Under the pieces are notes generated by a model. It searched no databases. It saw only the letters and a program-made list of their open reading frames with translations, and was not told the origin of the DNA. This document shows positions 58,606 through 64,000 of a DNA stretch of 64,000 nucleotides, one piece after another; the stretch's first letter is position 1; every line of letters begins with the position of its first letter. Source of the stretch: Eledone cirrhosa (taxonomy: Eukaryota); the NCBI GenBank assembly GCA_964016885.1, contig OZ024746.1, positions 59,148,001-59,212,000 on the forward strand, given 5' to 3'. The position numbers were made by a program, and so were the translations under genes.

Positions 58606-59228
58606 CAAATGGACGCGAGGTATAATTTATGTCTAAAGCCGATGCCAATATGTAAAAGACATGAGAGCGTGAAGTATTTTTCGAAAAACGTTCCAGAAAT
58701 CTTTTGTCTACAATTAAAACTATAAATTTATAAATTTCCGGAGCAGAATGACGCAATATATTCTATGTCCAATAAATCACCAATGCATATAATTAGTTTT
58801 TTCTGGTAGTTTTAAGAAATAGACTTTTCAATTGTTAAGAATAAACAGCGTTTCTAAAATTCTTACGTTCGATAAATATTCCCAACCATGAAGACGAGGA
58901 GCTGACGATCTTAAAGCCTCGAGGTTTTTAAGTTGTTTACAGTAAACATGAGTAGTAGGAGTATACACACACGCTCAAACACTGTTATATACATGTGATG
59001 TGGGGTATAATTTCTCATCTGTACAGATGAGAAAACTATATATTCTCGACTGTTTTCAAGTCCAGCAGTCGAAAGAGTGGGAAGGGTCGTCCTGATGAGA
59101 ACCAGTTAAGTTGCTTCTGCTCACACCATCAGAGGGCGAGAGCCCCGGTTCTTCTTGCATAGCTACGGCTCTCTAAATATTTATCTATAAACATACCGTG
59201 TCTCTTTAGAAATACGAAATTACAATAC

Positions 59229-59296
<68 letters not shown>

Positions 59297-59320
59297 ATAT
59301 ATATAGAATGTAGAAAAGTA

Positions 59321-59366
<46 letters not shown>

Positions 59367-59450
59367 CATATATATATTATATATACATATATATACATAT
59401 ATATATACATATATGTAATATACTAAATGCTTAGCTTAGGCACCTAAATC

Positions 59451-59485
<35 letters not shown>

Positions 59486-59493
59486 AATATATA

Positions 59494-59617
<124 letters not shown>

Positions 59618-59619
59618 AT

Positions 59620-60000
59620 TCAGTTTAGGTGCATAATGTAAGCCTTTAGTTTTCTCCGCCAAAACCAGTATTTTATTTTTCTGGAAGTACCTATAGTTGT
59701 GTTTATATCATTTAAGTAAGTGTTCCTCCAAAGGAAATGTTTTCTGTTTAAAGTTGATATTCTTAACCAAGTTGCTCAAGTCTTCTTCAAAATTATCTAA
59801 TAAAACCTTGTGTGGAAGGCTTCGGTATGATTGAAATCCGTAGGTTGCCGACGGTGGTTTAATAGTTTGTTTTCCTTATCCAGCTTACAGTCGTAATGGA
59901 AGGTACTCCATCAGACACCTCTGATAAAAGAGTTTACACTATCCATCAGATGTTTTTTATATGTATCTTTGTCTGGTATAGAAATATTCTTTAGGGACAT
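59620..60000 (-). pseudogene. Penelope-like (Naiad-type) RT N-terminal fragment
   Basis: MSLKNISIPDKDTYKKHLMDSVNSFIRGV*W..., frameshift, TYGFQS...FEEDLSNLVKNINF...ILVLAEKT; abuts (TA)n. Confidence 0.7.
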
Positions 60001-60300
60001 TGGGTCCTTAATTATCATTATAATAAATTAATTTTCAGCTCAATAAGATGAGCAGCTTCATGGAAGATCAATAGAAGTGGGTATAACACTCATTCATTAT
60101 CAAGTGCGTTAAATAAACTTAATACTATCTATAATGCTCAGGGTAACCCAATAGCTGATCCCCAACTGCAATTGTAGATACCCGGATGGTTGCCGCCCTC
60201 TTAGTGGTAATTGCCTAGTAACTAGCATAGTATATCAGTATGATGTTTCCACACCTAATAGCATTAAAGCCTACATCGGTGTAACATATAACATTATTAA

Positions 60301-60484
60301 TTGTTTCTACTTTAGGCACAAGGGCAATAATTATCCAGTGCATTACTGGTACTTTATTTTATCGACCCCGTAAGGATGAAAGGCAAAGTCAACCTCGGCG
60401 GGATTTGAATTCAGATCGTAAAGGGACGTAACTATGCTGGAAAGCATGGCGTCCGACCCTCTACCGATACTGCCAATCCACCGC
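60301..60484 (-). mobile_element. SINE (Nin/Deu-like)
   Basis: Family motifs. Confidence 0.85.
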
Positions 60485-60489
60485 TATCA

Positions 60490-60614
60490 TGCAATGCCTG
60501 TGCGTGAAGATCTTGTTTTAAAGTGAGGAAAGACTGTCCATTGAGTCAATCCTACTGTCTCAGCGACAGTAGCTATAACCCGAAAAGAAGAAAAGATCAA
60601 CATCATCGGTAACT

Positions 60615-60615
<1 letters not shown>
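60490..60615 (-). mobile_element. Fragment homologous to 21182-21305 (RTE derivative)
   Basis: Sequence similarity. Confidence 0.7.
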
Positions 60616-60681
<66 letters not shown>

Positions 60682-60682
<1 letters not shown>

Positions 60683-61192
60683 TAGCTAAAGTACCCGTCC
60701 TTTGGACGGTTCAAGTAGCTCTCGATGTAGCTCATTAAACTAAACAAAGTAAATTTGAATACATAGAAGAAAAACGTACTTTATTTAAACATGAAAACCT
60801 TAGGCACTATTCCAGTCTAGGTATACATTTTTTTGACAACAGTAAAATCTTTTGTTTCAAGTATGAAGAGTAAAGTAAAATCCGAATGAGCCGAATTGTA
60901 ATAATCAAAATCTCCAAACAAAATTTTTGACAACATCAAAAATGAGTTCCTATTGTATTGACGAAAGATAACTCTTGTCTTACTTAATCACGAAAATTTA
61001 CACAAAAAACCGAAACATTTTTAATGTCTCCGAAGCCTTTGTAGATCATGTACAGGTTTTGTGCAAGGAGAAGCTCAGTAAAAAATTTCAAAAAATCGCA
61101 TGAATGGTTTAGAATATATGAGCCCTCATTAAAATTTGTCCACACACACATACACACACATACAGAAAACTACATTTTTATATATATACAGA
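60682..61192 (-). mobile_element. Non-autonomous Helitron
   Basis: Minus strand 5' A|TC, subterminal hairpin CCGTCC aaa GGACGG, 3' CTAG|T. Confidence 0.8.
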
Positions 61193-61236
61193 TATATATA
61201 TATATATATATTCATTATACATATATGCATACATAC

Positions 61237-61300
<64 letters not shown>

Positions 61301-61327
61301 TATACATATATACATAATTACATACAT

Positions 61328-61370
<43 letters not shown>

Positions 61371-62139
61371 CATTATACATACATACACATATTTGAAGAG
61401 CTTTCGTACAGTTACCGCTAACCATATTAACAAACAGGAGGCAAGACTTTTATACACCGGTGACTAGACATGAAACCACGAAACTTCAACCTTAGACCAA
61501 GAGAGGTCAAAGATTTACTGAATTGATATCGGTCATAATTTTCTAAATTGTAATTTTATACCAAACAATTTTTCTTTTTTCTTTGTTATTGTTTTTATTT
61601 TAATGATATGGTGCAGTTGATTGGGTTTTTAACGGGGTTAAATCTTTTCCTCGTTCAACAACGGTAAGGAAATATATAGTAATCTGTTGACGAAGATAAA
61701 CGGCGAGGTCGCAAGAAATGGAATTTCAGATAAAGAATTCAATTAGTGTCATATTAAAGTGAAGCAGAATATAATATTTTGAAAGCCATACGTTATTTCA
61801 ATGGAGGCCATTGTTAGCTGGCGCCGTGAAAGGAACCCATTCGAATTAGATCGCAGCTGATAATATCTGTCAAACTAGCTTCGACTAGTATAATATAGTA
61901 ACCTATGTTTAAAGTTAAGTAATTGCCAGTTCCAATGAAAATAATCAGTTGAGTTAGATAGAAAGATCGCCAGATTGTTATCAACAGCTTCAGCGAAGAA
62001 ACTTCTTAAAAGGCTGAAGAGAAACTAAACTGGTTTACTTTATTTACGTTTATATAACAATATCCACAATTGGTATTAGCAAAGTCATGAAAGTTATATC
62101 AAAATTATAGATATGAAATTAATAGTATTGATGTTATGC

Positions 62140-62265
62140 AGATGCAGCATGGTTAAATAGTGAAGAGATTCACTTTTCAATCATTAGGTTCCGGGTTCGA
62201 TTTCACTGCGTGACATTTTCAGCTAGTGTCGTTTAACATAGCCATGGGCAGACCCAAGCTTTATG
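62140..62265 (+). mobile_element. Diverged tRNA-derived SINE, third family
   Basis: Degenerate A-box and GGTTCGATTTC B-box. Confidence 0.5.
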
Positions 62266-62599
62266 GGGAAAATTGGGGGAAAAAAGGTTGTTTTGAAGCT
62301 CGTTAGACAAATGTACTTTTAGTTCAAAAGCCAAAGTTGTCAAATACTGTGTCACGCTGAATTTCCTTGAAAATTACGTTATGGTTTATAGTACAGTAGA
62401 GTACGCCTACCTATATATGGTGCAGGAGCTCTGTCGGTTGTAACTCCTAGCAGAAAGAACAGAGTAATATATAGTATGTTGCTAAAGAAGACGAGTGTTC
62501 GCCAGTCCAGAAATCGAACCCACGCTCGTAATTGTTAACGCCTTAACCAATAGATCATGCCGCTTCACTTGTAAAAGATGGCCGTAGATTAACATAATT

Positions 62600-63056
62600 A
62601 TTTCTAGTATAGGCACAAGGCCAGTAATTTGGGGGAAGGAGAAAGTCCATTTAATCGACCCCAGTGCGTAACTTGTACTTTATTTTATCGACCCCGTAAG
62701 TATGAAAGGCAAAGTTAACCTCGGCGGGATTCGAATTCAGATCATGAAGGGCCGTAACTCTATGCTGCAAAGCACGGCGTCCGACCCTCTTCCGATACTA
62801 CCAATCCACCGCCCTCCGCCCTAGATTAACATAATGGTTTCTTATATAGGCACAAGGCCAGCAATTTTGGGGGAGGGGAAAGTCGATTAAATCGACCCCA
62901 GTGGTTAACTGGTACTTTATTTTATCGACCCCGTAAGGATGAAAGGCAAAGTTAACATCTGTGGGATTTCAACTCAGATCGTCAAGGGCCGTAACTCTAT
63001 GACGCAAAGCATGGTGTCGAACCCTCTACCCATATTTCCAATCCAACGCCCTCCAC
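62600..63056 (-). mobile_element. Two tandem full SINEs (62600-62819, 62836-63056)
   Basis: Family motifs; TAGATTAACATAAT flanks and separates them. Confidence 0.9.
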
Positions 63057-63819
63057 CGTAGATTAACATAATAAAATGATAAAGGCTGGAAAAGACTATT
63101 GAAAACCGGTAAAGACTGGTGACGAGTTGGAGTTGATTACTTGAAATCTGCAGATGATTTCCAGATTGTTCGACGATTTAAGACGAAAATAAAAGAAAAA
63201 GAAAACGAAAGTTTATTATGTTGGAATTTAATTTTAAGTAGAAAGTTTAAGAAATTTTCGATAATAATTAACCAAGAAGCTAATCAAGTGAGAGAGCGTG
63301 GAAGGAATTAACAAACACTCACAGCAAATTATCGTAAAATAGGAAGGAATTTGCTAAATCTTACTAAAGAGAATTCGCAGCAATTGACATTGTCAATTCT
63401 CCACATTGCCAGAAGACAAAACACTCATTTATTTCAACAGTTGTTAACTAACTTTACAGATGTGGCTTCGCAAAAAAATCTTTATTTCAAACTACTATCG
63501 ATGTTGATCGATATCTATTAATTAATCAATCTGACTTCATTAAGGGGCGGAGGTGATGATGGATGGGAGGATTTAATGCAAGTTTTGTATTGATCTCAGG
63601 TAGCTTAAGGTGATAAAGGAATATTATAACGTGTTCAAACCTTATTTGAGTTCTTGAATTAACTGTAAGTTAATTGTGAATAAACGAAGGTACAAGAAAG
63701 AGAAAATGTTCAGACACACACACACACACACTTACACACATATACGCACACACACACATACACACATATACGCACACACAAACGTGTGTACTTATGTATA
63801 TATATATATATATTTGTAT

Positions 63820-64000
63820 AACAACAAAGAGGGTGTGGTAAGATACCAGGTGAACCATAATGCTCCAGAGTACTCAATACTTAGGGTATAGAGTGGGTAT
63901 TAGGAAAAGAGTCAGGACCCCGTCGTCTGAGCTCCGGCCGTTTCGAGTTCGGATCTAACTGTCCAAAACGGCCGGAGCTCAGCCGTCGGAGTCCTGACTC
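63820..64000. mobile_element. Fold-back element cut by the window edge
   Basis: Arms 63910-63944 and 63966-64000; GAAAC-GGCC-GgA half-hammerhead on minus strand. Confidence 0.6.

Noticed and set aside
59088-59135. CTGATGA near 59092
   Set aside because: No GAAA or stem III at a suitable distance

Overview
AT-rich, microsatellite-dense animal DNA; the SINE and LINE content suggests a mollusc, probably a cephalopod (inference). No confidently identifiable host gene is present, only one candidate minus-strand exon at 51289-51404, and most ORF-track entries are microsatellite artefacts. Conventional repeats include about 20 tRNA-headed Nin/Deu-type SINEs, RTE, CR1, Tx1 and R4/Dong-like LINE fragments, a pogo fragment, a mariner-type MITE, a non-autonomous Helitron, an intron-containing tRNA-Tyr pseudogene and several mini/microsatellites. 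The main finding is more than ten short non-coding elements inserted in (TA)n tracts, from many sequence-unrelated families. Most are fold-backs with one arm carrying an extra tail, and most contain a minimal type-I hammerhead ribozyme with a palindromic stem III. Variants include U3-A8 cores and very long stem II. A near-perfect 310-bp tandem array with an internal inversion resembles a retrozyme. A decayed Penelope-like (Naiad-type) RT N-terminus next to (TA)n is a candidate for the family that mobilises them. One family (24.8 kb and 50 kb) has no complete hammerhead and instead carries a conserved K-turn/pseudoknot motif. All structures were read by eye and none was computed.
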